This document shows positions 24,934 through 38,972 of a DNA stretch of 64,000 bases, piece after piece (positions within the stretch are counted from its first letter, which is position 1; each line of letters opens with the position of its first letter). The translations under genes and the position numbers were made by a program. Source of the stretch: Pseudogymnoascus verrucosus (Eukaryota); NCBI GenBank assembly GCA_001662655.1, contig KV460221.1; one strand, written 5' to 3'. The notes under the pieces are model-generated. The model saw only the letters and a list, made by a program, of their open reading frames with translations, had not been told where the DNA came from and ran no database searches.

Positions 24934-25543
24934 TGTACCATTATACCCCTTTGTGGAACTGACGCGACTAATGTTTTGTACGTTTATACTGAGTTTGTCT
25001 GCACAGTCGCTGATTTTTTAAAGTGTGAGGGATGGTGGGAAGATGGTTGGATCATACGTACGTTCTTTGTGTCTATATATGGCTATATTGAGCTAAGCAC
25101 TTATACAATGATCTTTTGGCATTGGATCGCTACTTCCATTTGTTCTCATGAGGCCTCGCCGTGACGACTATCAAAGTTATGCTACAAGTCTCCTCACTAT
25201 GAGTTTCGTTAATAGGGTCTGTGATGCATATGATCTCAAGAGTGAATTTGTTTCAGAGGGTGGCCTATTCCAGATGTCCCCGTTGTGTAGAGTAGGACAT
25301 TGGGACGGACTAGGTGGAGGGTTGCACATCCTGTGATGTGACAGGATGGGTAAGATAATAGATTTGATTGAGCAATGAGCTCCTACCTAATGAGGTTACA
25401 ATCTTATATAGTAGCCTCGTTTGGCCGGATCTCCGCCGCCAGCGATTCATAGCATTGCCGGGCCAGGCTTCCTAGTGGTTCTCATCAGCCTACGCCCACG
25501 CCTGGTGGCTTCCTGAACTGTTGACCAAGATATCCAAGTGATG

Positions 25544-26249
25544 TTACAAACGCCACGTGGGATGCACCTCCACGCAGTCATACACGCAGTCCTCCTCGCA
25601 GTCCGCACAGTTGTCTGTGCAGCTCTTGCAGCTTTTCTTGCAGTCTTCCGTACAGATCTCGGTACAATCCCCGAGACAGCTCTTCTCGCACTTCCTCTCA
25701 CTAAACTGGTCCTGGGAAGTATCAAAAGTCCCTTTAACTAGATCCCCAATTTCCGTGATATGTTTGAGCTCTTCTGGGTGAACTCTAGAGTAAAGAAAGT
25801 CGATGAATGCGTGGGCGTTGGTATTGATGTCGGTTAGCTGCTTGCGTGTGGTTTCGCAGCTGGAGGCATTCTTTATCTTACGTATCCTGTTATGCAGGAG
25901 AGTGGTCATTTGAAAATACAAAAACCCTGCGACATGGCGGTGATCACGGACGGAAATAGTATCTGGCGCAGTCATGTTTCCAGAGACGTTTGTTATCGTT
26001 TTACCGTCCTGAAAAACCTGCACAAGATCCTGTGCTCTATCAACAAAAGGCAGTAATGGATTGATTGACGTTTACGTGGTTTAAATAGGTGGTGGGATAT
26101 TCCTCGATAGCGGACCAGAGCTTGTGGAGGGAGCTTCTGACATTTTCGAGAGAAATCAAGTAGGCGCTGTAGGGTGGTTCAAAGTTCTGTGAATGGATAC
26201 CAGCAAAGAAACTAGTGAGGCAGACGAAGCTGATAACAGAAAACTTCAT
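25544..26249 (-). CDS. Small secreted protein with a Cys-rich (CxxxC-repeat) C-terminal tail
   Basis: Signal peptide MKFSVISFVCLTSFFAGIHS. A probable 46-nt intron (GTAAAC...CACAG) joins the two ORFs in frame. Tail CEKSCLGDCTEICTEDCKKSCKSCTDNCADCEEDCVYDC. Confidence 0.75.
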
Positions 26250-27206
26250 CCTGACGGTTGGTTGAACGGCTTCAATTTGAGCTGTCTGGAACTGGAAAAT
26301 GATTGCTTGTGTTGCTTCTGCGGAGCAGCAAGATACTGGGGCAGAGTGATGGCGTTTTATACAAGCCGTCTTCCGGCCAGGAGGACGTCTACTGCTATTA
26401 GGTGAGACAAGTCTTCCCCTTAGTTGGAGATGTTAAAACTCCTGTCTTGCCCATATCAGGCCCAAATGTCTCTTAAAACCAGTAGTACGGTACCACCTCC
26501 AATAGGGTTTCTCTATCATCCGCAGAAATTAAAGAGTCTTTAAATGCCCAAGCGCAACACTCATCATGTTAGCCTAAACAATTGATTCATTCCAAACCAG
26601 AGAGTTCTAAGTTTGGCCCGCTCCGGTTGGTGTGCATGATCCGGTAACCCAAAAATGTGAAAACCCGCAAGTAATAAATGGGCCACATGAGCATCATCCG
26701 AGGCAAGTTTAATTTTGTGGGTTCCGTTAGTCCTGATTTAATGTGTTATATTGCGCATAAAGGAGCTGGAGTGAACCCCAACTCATTCCCACCTACAGTA
26801 TCGTCTGATGAGGGGTTGTGGTGAGATATATTGCCGTACTCTCTCAGACCCTGCGGGCAGCAATAATGAAGGACAGTGATGGTGGATTGGGTTTTAATCT
26901 GGCCCCCAAGGCTTTTGTAGGGTAAGGTGACAAATACGATCTGGAGAGTGCAGAACATGAACCACATAAAAACAGTTTGCCTCAAAAACCAAAAGGCTCC
27001 TAGCTCCCAAAATGCCTTCTTCCATATATCATAACATCACATAGTCACCCACAGCTTCAAGTAGAGGACAATATGTTATACATCAGCATCTTAATTTGCA
27101 GTATATAAAGGATTAAATCAGTGTATAATACCACCGCCACCATCAAATACATAAGGGGGCTTCACAGCCCTCTTTCCCATCTCCCGAAAAACTAATAACA
27201 TGAATC

Positions 27207-29287
27207 TTAATGGATAACCACAGCCACATGGTCATCCATATACTTGTTAATATCTCCCAACATACAGCTCGCAATGATCGCGACACACCCAAACGCAATA
27301 CTCGCGTAATAAACATACGGATAAGCCTCTGAGTATGCCAACTCGCCCGCGCTGATAATCAACTGCCACTTCGTGACATTGCCGTCAACACCAGGGACAT
27401 GCAGAATATGTTCCGTGAGACTGGCGCCGATGAGCTCGGCGATGGTGGTGATGGACTCCTTGTCGTAGATGCCATTTAGTAAGCAGACTTGAAGGACGTA
27501 GGCCGTGAGCTTGGGGACGAGCTTGGCGTAGAAGACGTTGTAGTAGACGGTGAATCCGATAGCACCGCCGATGACACGGATGGATAGTGTGAGCGCGGCG
27601 ACGGTGGCGATTAGGTCGTCGGGGCAGATAATGGTTGTCATAATCGATGCTGGGACGACGATGCCGCCGATACCGAGACCAGCAACCACAAGAATGCCGT
27701 AGACAGCGGGGAGGTTGTCGCGGGTGGCAGCAGCCATGGCGCCAGTGCCAGCAGTCATCATGATGGATGCACCGATCAAGAGGGCGCGGTTATTGCCACG
27801 GAAGACGGAAAGTAGCCAGAGGACGACGCAGGCGCCGATAAGGATGGAGAAACCGATGGGCAGACCACGGAGTCCGACGCCAACGGGGTCATGGCCGTAG
27901 ACGTTGAAGGCTTGGGTAGGCCAGAAGAGGATGACCGCAAAGAAGTTGGCCCCGGAGATGAAGGTAATGACTAGCGTCATGGCGAGGATTCGCGGGTCCT
28001 TGCCAATGCGGCGAGGGAACATGGGGTAAGGTGCGAATTTGATCTCCCAGATGGCAAAGAGGACGAGCAGGAGAGCGCCGATGAAGAGTGGGACGAGGGT
28101 GTGGACGGACGTCCAGGTGTAGCCGTAACCACCCCAAAGCAGGCCGGCAATAAAGATGATAACGCCGGAGATGGATAGCAAGCCGCCGACATAATCAACC
28201 CGAGCAAGGACTTGGCGGCGAGTGAGGCCGTTGCTATTGACGCGGGGCGGGGGGTGGTAGAAGATTACGACCATGACAAGACCGATAAAAGACCAGAGTC
28301 CGCATAGGAGACCAACCCAGCGCCAGCTGGTGTGTTGGGCGATCAACTGCGACCAAAGAACGGAGGGCGCAAATGGCAGAATGGTGAGAACGAGGATGGC
28401 AACGTATTTTCCACGCTTGGCCGTGGGTGCGAGCTCCGACGTCGCGGCGAGGGCGGTAAGTTCGTTGACGCCTGCGCCGGCACCTGCAATGGCCATGCCG
28501 CCTGTAGTTTGTTAGTTCTAGAGGCTCCGGCCAAAACGTGGCGGTTCAGGGGAACGGGGAATATACCAATGAATGGGTTCATCGTCTTTGCTGTAGAGCA
28601 TACAATCATGCCAATGATAATGAGTACCGACCCGCCGATGGAAACCCAGCGTCTACCGAAGAGATCGGATAGCGCGCCAACGAAGGGGCAGACGGCAGCG
28701 AGAGCGAGCAGATTCGCAAGGACGAACCAGATCCAGCGGTCTGGGCCGCCAATGTCGCCGTAGATGACTGGAGGGATTCCGCCTGTCGAGATAGTTAGTT
28801 ATCGAGGACATATAGCACCAAAGCTGTTAGAGGGGTCTCATATATGGGCTCACCGAAGAGGTAGACTGGGATCTGGGAGCTGGTCCACAAGAACGCCATG
28901 GCAACCAGGGACATGGCCCTATTGAGGGTCATCTAGCACTTGTTAGCTATATATTCTCACTCTTGTTCTCGCGCAACCACCACAATGCAACTGTCTCTGT
29001 CTCTCCCATACAATCGCTCTTCTCACTTTCTCCCGAACAACCCTCTAAGCGCAAAACCCCACGCGCGGACAAGAAGCGGAAAATAAACCTACCGGTGGCT
29101 CATGCTCATGATCCTCATCATCCCCATCCGTCCTAAACCCATTATCCCCAGACTTCCTTCCGTCCTCGAGCTTCCCGTCCTCGAGTTTCCTATTCGGACC
29201 ATCCGACACAACCTCGACATGATGTTCCGCGCTCGCCTTCTCATTCGGCGGCGTCGACGACGCGTGTGAAGCCGCTGTATCGGCCAT
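27207..29287 (-). CDS. MFS efflux transporter, TRI12 (trichothecene efflux pump)-like family
   Basis: Many TM helices; AMAFLWTSSQIPVYLFG, SDLFGRRW, ELTALAATSELAP, FHPPPRVNSNGL-like and C-terminal KYMDDHVAV motifs; multi-exon. Confidence 0.9.
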
Positions 29288-32200
29288 GGTTGGTAGAGTT
29301 GCTCTGGATGTGTGATGAAGGAAGGTGAACACACAGACAAATAAGAAATGCGGGGGGGTGGTGGCTCTATATATTAGGCTGTTTGAGGGCCCTGAGAGAT
29401 CATCAGCGTGGGGGAAGGGAGGGGTTTATAAAGGCGAGACATAGCAAAAGGAAGGTGAGCTAAGCGTGCAGATCCACATGTCATATTAAGTCTTGTTTTC
29501 TTCGGGAAAGGAGGAGCTCTCGTTTGCATGGCTGCGCGTGGTGTGCATGCATTGGTGTGCATGCTAATGGGGCTAGGAGGGGGGTCTAGGGAGACAGGGT
29601 GATAAGTTCCATGCCATGCTACTCTATGCCCATGCCGTCCCGATCGTCTGTGTGTCGTCACTTCCTCCTCTCCGTAGGGATCAAATGGTACAGAAGAAAC
29701 GAGGGGTTACATTTAGGACATCCAATATTTGACATGGTGTGGGACTAGATGGGACTACTAATGAGAGACGCACGAGCTGCGCTAAAACCCCCGCATTTCT
29801 CCGTTTCCCCATCCTTTTGGTCCCGATATTCCAATATTCCCAGATGGCGCGGCCATTCTACTGGGCTATGAGTGGATGGTCGTCTCGTCTCGTGACTGGG
29901 TCTGGCCGTGAAGGAAGGGGGTGGTGGTCCTAGGGGTCGTAATGGGCGTCGTAGTAGTGCTCTAGTGGCGATGATAGCTGGGTTGGTAAAGCGGCAGACG
30001 AGAGTAAAAGAGCGGATTTGGGATAGTGCAGTGAGGTAAATGGCGGGGTTGTCTGGGGAAGCGATTGTTTATGGTCGACATGTCAATTTCATTGACACGA
30101 ATACAGCGACTAAGGCTGGAACTCCTATAGTAGCGCCTATAGGCGTATGTTGTAGTGTGGTCTAGTGTGGTGGCGTGGAGCGGCGTGGCGGTGCACCTCT
30201 TTGGGGGAAGGAACACCCCTCATCGCGATTCCCCTATTAAGAAGGAAGTGGTCGCGAGAACAACGAAAAATAAAGCTGACAAGGTAAGAACGACTAAGAA
30301 ATGTAAATGACGGGTCGCTCCTACCAGTCTTGGCCAATCTCCACCAGCCTCGATCTGGGGTTTGTTGGCGCGTCTAAGGCCAATGCATAATGTATGTATG
30401 TACAGCACTGACTATGTTGTACTAAGTAAGGGCTATACTATACCTCGATGTCTATTCTTTCTCGTATCTCTACAATTCTTTGCCCCTGCATGTTCCCCTT
30501 CACTCCCTTGTAGAGAAAAGAGATGCATACTCCTTGCAATAACATTGCAGTACGAACCATCCCGTCATTCTCCGTCGACTTCCTTTGTGACCATCGTACT
30601 TCACTAGTAGATAGCGCTGTTAGTGCACCAGACAAGCCTCTCCAAGCGCCTAGGCTCTCCCCACCAACTCCCGCCGCACTCCATCTCGCCATCTTAAATT
30701 TGTCGACTGTGTAAAATTATATTAAACAATGGCAACTAATTGGCCATTCACTGCCTCTTACTGCTAATCGATCGAGCGAGAAATCCTTTCGTCACAATCT
30801 CCCTTAACCGGGTGACCTTGCGAACCCCGCACTGCTTCCCCTCATTGTGGCCATTTTAAATCGCGGGAGCCATTTAAGAAGTGGTGGTTTCCTGGGGTCA
30901 ATCCCCGCAAATCGATCAAGCAAAGCCTCGGGGCCGAGGTTCTAGTTCATGTTAGCTTGCGTGGCTGGGACTGGGGGATGGTAGCGGGGTCCGTGGCGTC
31001 GGACTGGGATTTGTGTTTCAAGACGTAACACCTGCCACCTGCGTAGAGTCGCTAGGAAGACGAGGAGGGGGAAGGGCCTAACTGTACAACCCGGCGGAGA
31101 TACTGGGCACCACCACGCACACATACGACGGCGCCATGCGAGTACTGGCGCCATGCACACCGCACACACCGCATACCTCACAAGCGACGCGTGGGGGCAT
31201 GGATGTTCTATGATAGTTCATACGTGGCTGGTGGTTGGTCTAACTCTTATCTAGATCTAGCGTGTCGATCGCTAAACCGAGGTTTGGAGATTAAGAATAG
31301 CTGACACAGACGGCAGTTATCTTGGATCCTTGGATAGTTGATGCGGGATATGTTCTAGGCGGATGAGGGATGATGTGCAGCATTTCCAAGGCTGAGCTGG
31401 GCTGGTACCCAATGTTGGATCTGTTGCTTCATTAACATGGATAGATTTTTACAGTCGGACAGAAGGGAATACAGACCGAGGCTCGAAGATAGGATTCGTA
31501 GGATGAGTTAGTGAGAACGGTATTGGATAGAAATATACTATTCATCACGGCGCAAACACAACTTCCCGCATCGTTCGTTGCGCCATGCAGCAAATTAATC
31601 TCGCTTCTAGGTTGAGGCGCCCAGATCTGTTAAGTGGCGTGTATATCTGTAGCCCTAGACTGACATGAAGTTGATATTCTTGGCTGCGTGGATTTGATAT
31701 TACGACAGGCTGGGTTTATGCCATGGTAGATAGACCGAGGTATTAGGATGGATGAGAAGAATGGGTTGGCGAAGAGAAGAGTATTGTTGGCAGAGCAGGA
31801 GTCTGTTCGCTCGAGACCTCATGAGGCTTTCGATGCCTCTACCGTGCCTTGCCAATATTTGAACGTCATATCCCCCTATCTTCGGGAATTGTAGGAATCA
31901 TAACGCCTTCAACTTGGCAATGCTCCTTCACATCCTTTCCTATTGCCGCGAGAACCCAGTAGACGAGGTTAACGCAAATGAAACCCAAGCAACCAGAGGC
32001 GCGCATTGATTATTTACCAGGTGTACAGGTGTCAGCATTTACTCCAGGGGTTGTCACAATAACGTAATACATGTACGAACACATGCACATATGCACAAAG
32101 GCAGTAACATCCCGTGAATTGCTCTCTCCTATGTTTTCCCTTGCCCAAATATAGAGATAATCTCAATCAACACCAAGCCATCCACCGGCTACAGCCCGCG

Positions 32201-32488
32201 CGTGCCAACCCCTATAGACATCATACCAGCTGAACAGACGCCGCAGCTCAGAAAAATGCGCGTAGCCAACTATCCATCCAGTCCCTCCCCTTTCACACGC
32301 TCAAACAACAGCAATCCAGGTGCTAGTCCCAGTAACGGCAATGCTCGGCAGGTACCCAGACTTCCACTTGCGCATCCCTACTGCTCCCCAACAAACACAG
32401 CGCCATCCGCAAATGCTCGAACTGCAACCAAATAATCCATAACCTATACCCCTAGGCATGTGAGCCTTCCGGTCAGGCATCGTCCAAA

Positions 32489-33123
32489 CTATGAGATAGC
32501 ATGCGTGCGCGTCCACTCCCTCGCCGTCGCGATGGCGGCAGGCTCATCCTCCTTCCAGCGCTTGGCGACATCGGGGGCGAGAGGGTCATCGGGGTTGGGG
32601 GCACCGAGGAGGGCCTGGATGGAGAGGAGGATGGTGCGGATTTGGAGAGCTGGAGACCAGTTGCCTTTGGGGGTGAGTTAGTATTTTGGTATGTGGAGGG
32701 GTAGATGCGGGGTAGGCTGGTGGGGGATGATAAACTGACTCTTCAGCACGTCAAGGCAGATGCGGCCGAGCTTGTCGATGTTGGGGTGGTAGATCTTGGT
32801 GAGGAAACGGATCTTGGGGGGCGTCATTGGGTAATCATCTGGGAGGAAGAGTTCGAGGTTGAAGACGCCACCTGGAATGTGTCAGTATGGTGGAAGCCGG
32901 ACAAACCGCAGCAAGGCTCTACATACCCTCATAAGGCGATTGTGAAGGGCCGTGGATCTTAACATCGAAATAACGCAGGTTGTCGTCGTGAGGGATGGCG
33001 CTGATTCCCGGGACACTGTATAGGACGTCAGGCTGTGGAGTCTGACATGCGCGGGGTGATGGCTTACGGTTCTGCCATCAGCCGTTCGGTCTCCTTGATG
33101 ATCCGCTTTGGTAACGCGGCCAT
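32489..33123 (-). CDS. UBC13: Ubiquitin-conjugating enzyme E2 Ubc13/UBE2N
   Basis: [35 protein letters not shown]...[59 protein letters not shown]; three introns. Confidence 0.96.
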
Positions 33124-33747
33124 CTTTGCGGTTTTCTGTGATATTCCACTCCTGGAAGTCGTTTCAAGAGGTGATAGGAGGGTTCAGTGAGGTTTCCGTG
33201 TCTCACTGCGCGCACCCTATCAGCGGGTGAGGTGGAGGGGTAGTGGGGGGTGGTCGATCGCGTGAGTGTCGACAGAGGATGCGGAGAGGAAGCTGTAACA
33301 GGTGAGTTTGAGAAGAATCATATAGAGAAGCGCTTTTCCTACAGATAGAATATTATTTCAAAGAAAATTGTGGCTGTGACGTATATGTAAGCCTTGAGGT
33401 CTTTGTTAAATTATGCGGGACAGCGGTCAACCCCGTCGCCGATATGGCAATATCCCTCGTCAATCTGGCGCTAGTCTACTTAGGGGACGTGCTTGGGAGC
33501 TCGATCATGGGGGATGGTTCACGACGTCAATCGGCGACGCTTTTATATCCCAGGACACAATTTCGAAGGCGATCAAAAGATATACTGCGATTAAAGTGAT
33601 CTATCGCCATACATGACAGATTCTGCCCTTTAATAACTACGACGCGGCGCCAGGCAATGCGCTTTGGAGCACCCGCGACCGCAGTTGGGGAGTGGCCTGC
33701 ATCGTGAGCTTCCGCCCTATGGCTGGGACGCATGACGGCGCGGAGTG

Positions 33748-36700
33748 ATGGAGAAAATTCGCGAAGAGAAGGGCATTAAGTCGGCGTTCGATAGCAGTAC
33801 GTTCGATGCCAATGTCTCTATCCACGTCCAAAAGGCCGCCACGGACATTGGGTCCGCGACCATCTCGCCTTCCGGACGGGATGTAGCTATTGCTTCGTGA
33901 GTGTCCTCCGCCCAGGTATACGGGCCATATTCTGACTTGCATTACAGTAAAACCGGCCTTGACATAATCGACCTCGACTCACCGCTGAATCCCCCCCGAC
34001 ACCTCCGACATGGCACATCATGGAACATCGCCGACGTACAGTGGTCGCCTTTCGCCGCCCGCGACTACTGGGTCGCCTGCACCGCGAACCAGAAGGCACT
34101 GGTATGGAACCTCGCCATGCAAGAAGATACGCGGCAGGGAGCCATCGAACATACACTACACGCGCACACGCGCGCAATCACCGACATCAACTTCTCAGCC
34201 CACCACCCCGATATCCTAGCGACATGCGCGGTGGACGGATACGTCAATGCGTGGGATCTGCGGAGGCCGCGACGGCCAGCGTTGACATTTGTGGATTGGG
34301 ACGCGGGCGCGACGCAGGTGAAGTGGAATCGACAAGAGGGGCATATTCTGGCGTCATCCCATGACCGATGGCTGCGGATTTGGGACGACAGGAAAGGTGC
34401 ATACCCTGTGAAGTCGATTGAGGCGCATAGCTCGAAAATCTACGGTTTGGACTGGAACCGAGTTTCCGCGACGCAGATTGTTACGTGTTCGCTGGACAAG
34501 AGTATTAAGTTCTGGGACACTTCTGCGGAAGAGCCTATCCCGGAGCGAGTCATTCGAACTTCGTTTCCGGTGTGGCGTGCTAGACATACGCCTTTCGGTT
34601 GGGGACTCCTTGCGATGCCACAGAATGCCCCGGGAAACCTGTATTTGTATGACCGACGAAAGGAGGGCGTGGAATCGGATACGATGGCCCCTGCGGCGGC
34701 AGTATTTAATCACGGCGAGCGCCAGGTGAAGGAGTTCCTATGGAGATCACGCGGCAGTATTAACGAGGATGGAATGGACAACCGCGAATTTCAGCTAGTG
34801 TCCTGGGGAGACGATAAGGAGTTGAAACTACAACGTGTGGCTAATTCTCTGCTGGAAAAGGTCGGATATGTCAAGGGGAGCCAGATGACGAAGAAGCTCA
34901 ATGTTACTCGCAAGGGCGCCATTTACAAAACGTTTAGAAACGTGGAGCGAGCGGAGATGGAGAAGAAGTCTGCCACGATCAAGGCGCCTCGCCTGTTAAG
35001 CAGCAGCCACGACAAAGAGAATTCATATAGCGTTCTCAGCGACGAGATTAAGAAGATGTCTCCGACGAAGAGGTTTCGGAGTAGGATGGGCATTAATGGA
35101 TCGACAATGAGAGGAAAGCCCATGAATTCCGAACGGCGGAGCCAGATCAACTGGATGAGCGGTATCAAGTTCACCGCCAATGGCGGTGGCGATGATGAGG
35201 ATGGGCAGGGTAAGATCCCTGCGCGGCGGCTGTCCGTCATCAGCCCCAATTTTGATATGGAAGGTGATTGGGACACGCCGGAATCACTACATGACGAGAT
35301 CATCCGTGTGCACCAGCAGTACAGTAAGGTCACGTTCAACGATGTTAATATGGACACTCGCTCTGTTACGGCGTCGATGAATGGTCCGTGGGGCAAGGAT
35401 GGGGAGTCGGTCTTCATTAAGGCTACAATAAAGTTTCCAGACCAGTATCCCGGGCCTAAAATACCCACGTTCACTATTGGCAAGTCGTCTCTCATATCTG
35501 ATGAGACCAACGAGCGAATCTCGCAAGAGGTACAGCAGATTGCTACCGGATTTGTTGGGCGTCACCGTGGTTGTTTAGAGGCCGCTCTCTGCTACTTGCT
35601 TGGGGAAGTCAATCTCGAAGAGAGCACACAATGGCTCAAGGGAGCTGACGATGTTGATAATCTTGACGACGGCATCGCAGACGTGAGCTCTAGCGACGAA
35701 GATGATGATGACATACCGGCAACCAATTCAGCGATGATGTCTCAAGAATTGGATCCAACCTCAACAGAGGGGATTCTTGTTGCAAGTAGGCGTCATGCTA
35801 ATGTACCGCTCCCGAGACTTTCAGGCGCTCGGTTCTCCAATAATGGCAGGCTCATATGCTTCTTCCCACCGAAGGAAGAGAGGTTCAAGTCGCTTCTTGG
35901 CTCGGTTGCCTTAGACAAATCGAGAGTCAAGGACGGACCTTCCTTCAATACATTTTCGCGCCTTGCTACAGAGTCGCTTCCACCGAGAAGCAAGTTCGCA
36001 TCGCTCAATGAGGAGGAAGATTTCGAGTCCGATTCGTCGCAAGGCTCTGGAAGCGAATCCTCGAGCGATTCCGACTCTTCACAGTTCCAAGTCAGTGTCG
36101 CATTCGATTTCTGGCGAAAGATCCATGGCACGAGTTATCGGAAGGGGCTGTCTACAAATCGATCCAATAAGTCGAGTGGGGCTGGGACTGGAACTGGTAC
36201 TGGTACCGGAACCCTGAGTAAAGGGCGGCTTTCTAAGCCTAAAAATACGATTGCGATGTACGATGTATCCGATTATTTACCGGGGAAGCTTGAGCTGGCT
36301 CAGGAATACGCCGTATTTGGCGAAGGGACGGATGTTTGCAACCACAACGCGATGATTGCGATGAAGTATGGGCACCAGGAGCGTGCAGATCTATGGACAT
36401 ATGCCGGGATGTTGCTACAGCACGAGGTCCCTCTCGAGATTCTTGATCAGTCGCATCGGAAGGAGCCAATCCTTGTTATTGCACGAGATATGATCAGGCA
36501 CTGTAGGCGTGACAGCCAATACGACAGCGGCATCGATATGCCCTTCGACTCGAAGAACCTTGCCATATCAGGGAGAGTCAAGTGGGGATACAGCCCTCTC
36601 GCCAAAAACCTGATTGATGACCTCTTTGACCATTTCGAGAAACTGGTTGACATACAGATGCTAGCGATGCTATCTTGCGTCTTCAGCGAACCATCTGCTG

Positions 36701-38286
36701 TTGACCCACTGCCAAACACAGACATACGTCTTACGCAGCCACAGACTCCACTGTCAATGAAGACGCCGGCGTTTTCTTTGGATTACTTCCCGTCTGATAT
36801 TGCCGTGTGGAGCGCGTATCAAAAGACCCCATATAGCTCGATACCTTCTACACCAAGGGCAGCTCTCACTCCATTTTATGGCTCCCTCGGGTCATCAAAT
36901 GGGCCGTGGGGCAGTGATCCTGCGTCTGCCTCATTCTCTTGTGGCGAAACCCCCCCACTTAGGTCTACAGGGGGCAGCTTGGAGAGGCTGAATGAAAAGT
37001 TACGCCTACAGTCCCAAAGCTTGTCAACATCCCCTGATGATAGGCGGCTACTGCAGCGTGCCAATTCTGGCCTTGCAGCCAGCTTCGCTTCGAATTTGAA
37101 GAACCCTTTCTACAACACAGGTTCTTCATCGCCTCCGAATCGCAAGCGCCCCAGTCCAGTAGAGAGCATGATCAGCACTCTGACACCTAGCGCCGTGACA
37201 TGGGGTAACACGACATACCTCGAGAGCGTTCGAGAGAAGTCGCCTTATGCCAAGTCGGCGTATTCCGATGACGACAGTACAACGGTGAATGAAACCCTCG
37301 TGCCAGTAACTGGTATCAGCGTCACAATGCATAACCAGAGCGCCTTCGATGACGAGGGTTGCATGTCAACTCCACTGCTTGAGTTCGAGCACACCGCGGT
37401 GTTTAAAAGCTACCGCATGCTGTATGCCGAGATGCTCTTCGCTTGGTCTCTTCCTTTCACTAGGTTAGAAATCCTCAAATTCGACTCTCTACCAGAATAC
37501 TTCACTCCTGGTCCCCCATCGCCACCATTCTCAAAACCGAATGCCGCATCGATCCATTCGGTGGACCATGATATGCCGCCCTCACCGATACTCCTCGGCA
37601 AACAGGACAACCACCAGCCTGTCTCGGACCGCGGTCTCTCCATAACCGCATACTGCCTCAAGCACGAGCATCGCCTCGAACCTCTCACTTCCCCAGCCTC
37701 TACTCTAGGCGGCGCAGTCGGTCGCTGCGAGCGCTGCAAAATGACAAAGCGGCAACTTAAATGCGTCATCTGCATCGAGCCCATCACCGGCGACTATGCC
37801 GCCTGCCTATCCTGCGGCTGCGCATCACACCAAATCTGTCTCGACGCGTACCTCTCCTCATGGGACGACGAGGAGGCTACAAAAGACGACATGACCTGCG
37901 CCGGGGGTTGCGACTGCAACTGCACCCGCCGCGCCGGAATGGGCGTCGTAGAGAGCTGGGAGGTGATGATGGGCGCGCTGGAGAAGATGCGCAAGAAGGA
38001 AGCGAAGCGGGCTAAGGGGCGGGAGGCGAAGGTGCCGCCGCGGCGACTGACGGAGGAGTGGGATGAGGGGAGCGATTGGGAGGGCGCGAGGGAGAGTAGG
38101 GCGGAGGTGCCACCGGCGAAGACGCCGTTGAGGGGGACGATGGGGCAGGCGATGGGGCAGGCGCAGTTGAATTACTCGACGCTGAGTCGGAGGTTGGGGC
38201 AGGTGAGGGCGGGGGATGGGTGGATGGGGGTTGGGAGTGGGTTGAGGAAGAAGGGGAGTGCGAGTAGTACTGAGAGGGGTGGGTAG
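33748..38286 (+). CDS. MTC5: WDR59/Sea3/Mtc5 (SEACAT/GATOR2 subunit): WD40 + RWD + C-terminal Zn/RING
   Basis: First exon MEKIREEKGIKSAFDSSTFD...ISPSGRDVAIAS, then WD40 repeats, FPVWRARHTPFG, RWD-like FPDQYP, DIQMLAMLSCVF and a terminal Cys/His cluster. Confidence 0.9.
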
Positions 38287-38807
38287 GGGGTATGATATGT
38301 GTGGAAGGCGTATGGATTGAATGCATGGGTTGGCGTTGCGATGGATTGGGGGTAGCTGTATAGTACGATAATGCTTTATATAATGTAAGATGCCGTGATC
38401 TTTAGATTCTCAGGCTTAGAATAAATATTCTCACATCTCGTTATTTGTTAATTTAGTTTATAACAATGAATTATTAAATCTATAGAAATAAAAACAAAAT
38501 ATTCTCACCACTCACGTATATTAATTAGTGCAGTCATATCTCCATAACTATACAAAGAACCCCTGGACACCTCAACCCATAAGCATAATAAGTCTATTAA
38601 TGAGGGCATCGCTCCTTCCATCTCTGAAACCATGACCATTGCTCCGTCCGTACAGCAAAAGGGACCAAAATATCGACCTAAAACAGACTAGCCCCAAAAT
38701 TAACTTAGCGAGAAACGCTAAGATTAGCTCCGACCCCACAACCACAAATTCGGGATTTTCTTAATGATATTGATAATTTCAAATATGCCTCCTCAGCTCA
38801 ACAATCA

Positions 38808-38880
38808 GCTCTCGTAGCTCAGTTGGTAGAGCGCGGCACTAGTAATGCCGAGGTCTACGGTTCAACTCCGTACGGGAGCA
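38808..38880 (+). tRNA. tRNA-Thr (AGT)
   Basis: Acceptor GCTCTCG/CGGGAGC+A, D arm TAGCTCAGTTGGTAGAGC, anticodon arm CGGCA-CTAGTAA-TGCCG, T loop GGTTCAACTCC; 73 nt. Confidence 0.95.
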
Positions 38881-38887
38881 AGTCTTT

Positions 38888-38972
38888 GGCCGGGTGGTGT
38901 AGTTGGTTATCACGTTTCGTTAACATTTCTGATGTACCGAAAAGGTCCTGGGATCGAACCCCAGCCTGGTCA
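38888..38972 (+). tRNA. tRNA-Val (AAC) with an 11-nt intron (38926-38936)
   Basis: Acceptor GGCCGGG/CCTGGTC+A, anticodon arm TTTCG-TTAACA[TTTCTGATGTA]C-CGAAA, T arm CTGGG-ATCGAAC-CCCAG, followed by TTCTTTT. Confidence 0.9.

Noticed and set aside
29300..32400. About 3-kb gene-free interval with many short ORFs
   Set aside because: No recognisable protein motifs, RNA structure or terminal repeats; probably the MFS promoter and UBC13 3' region. An ncRNA cannot be excluded without an Rfam search.
38380..38730. AT-rich patch and small hairpin (cttagcg-agaaa-cgctaag) upstream of the tRNAs
   Set aside because: Too short to call a RIP-degraded element; AT-rich 5' flanks are normal for tRNA genes.
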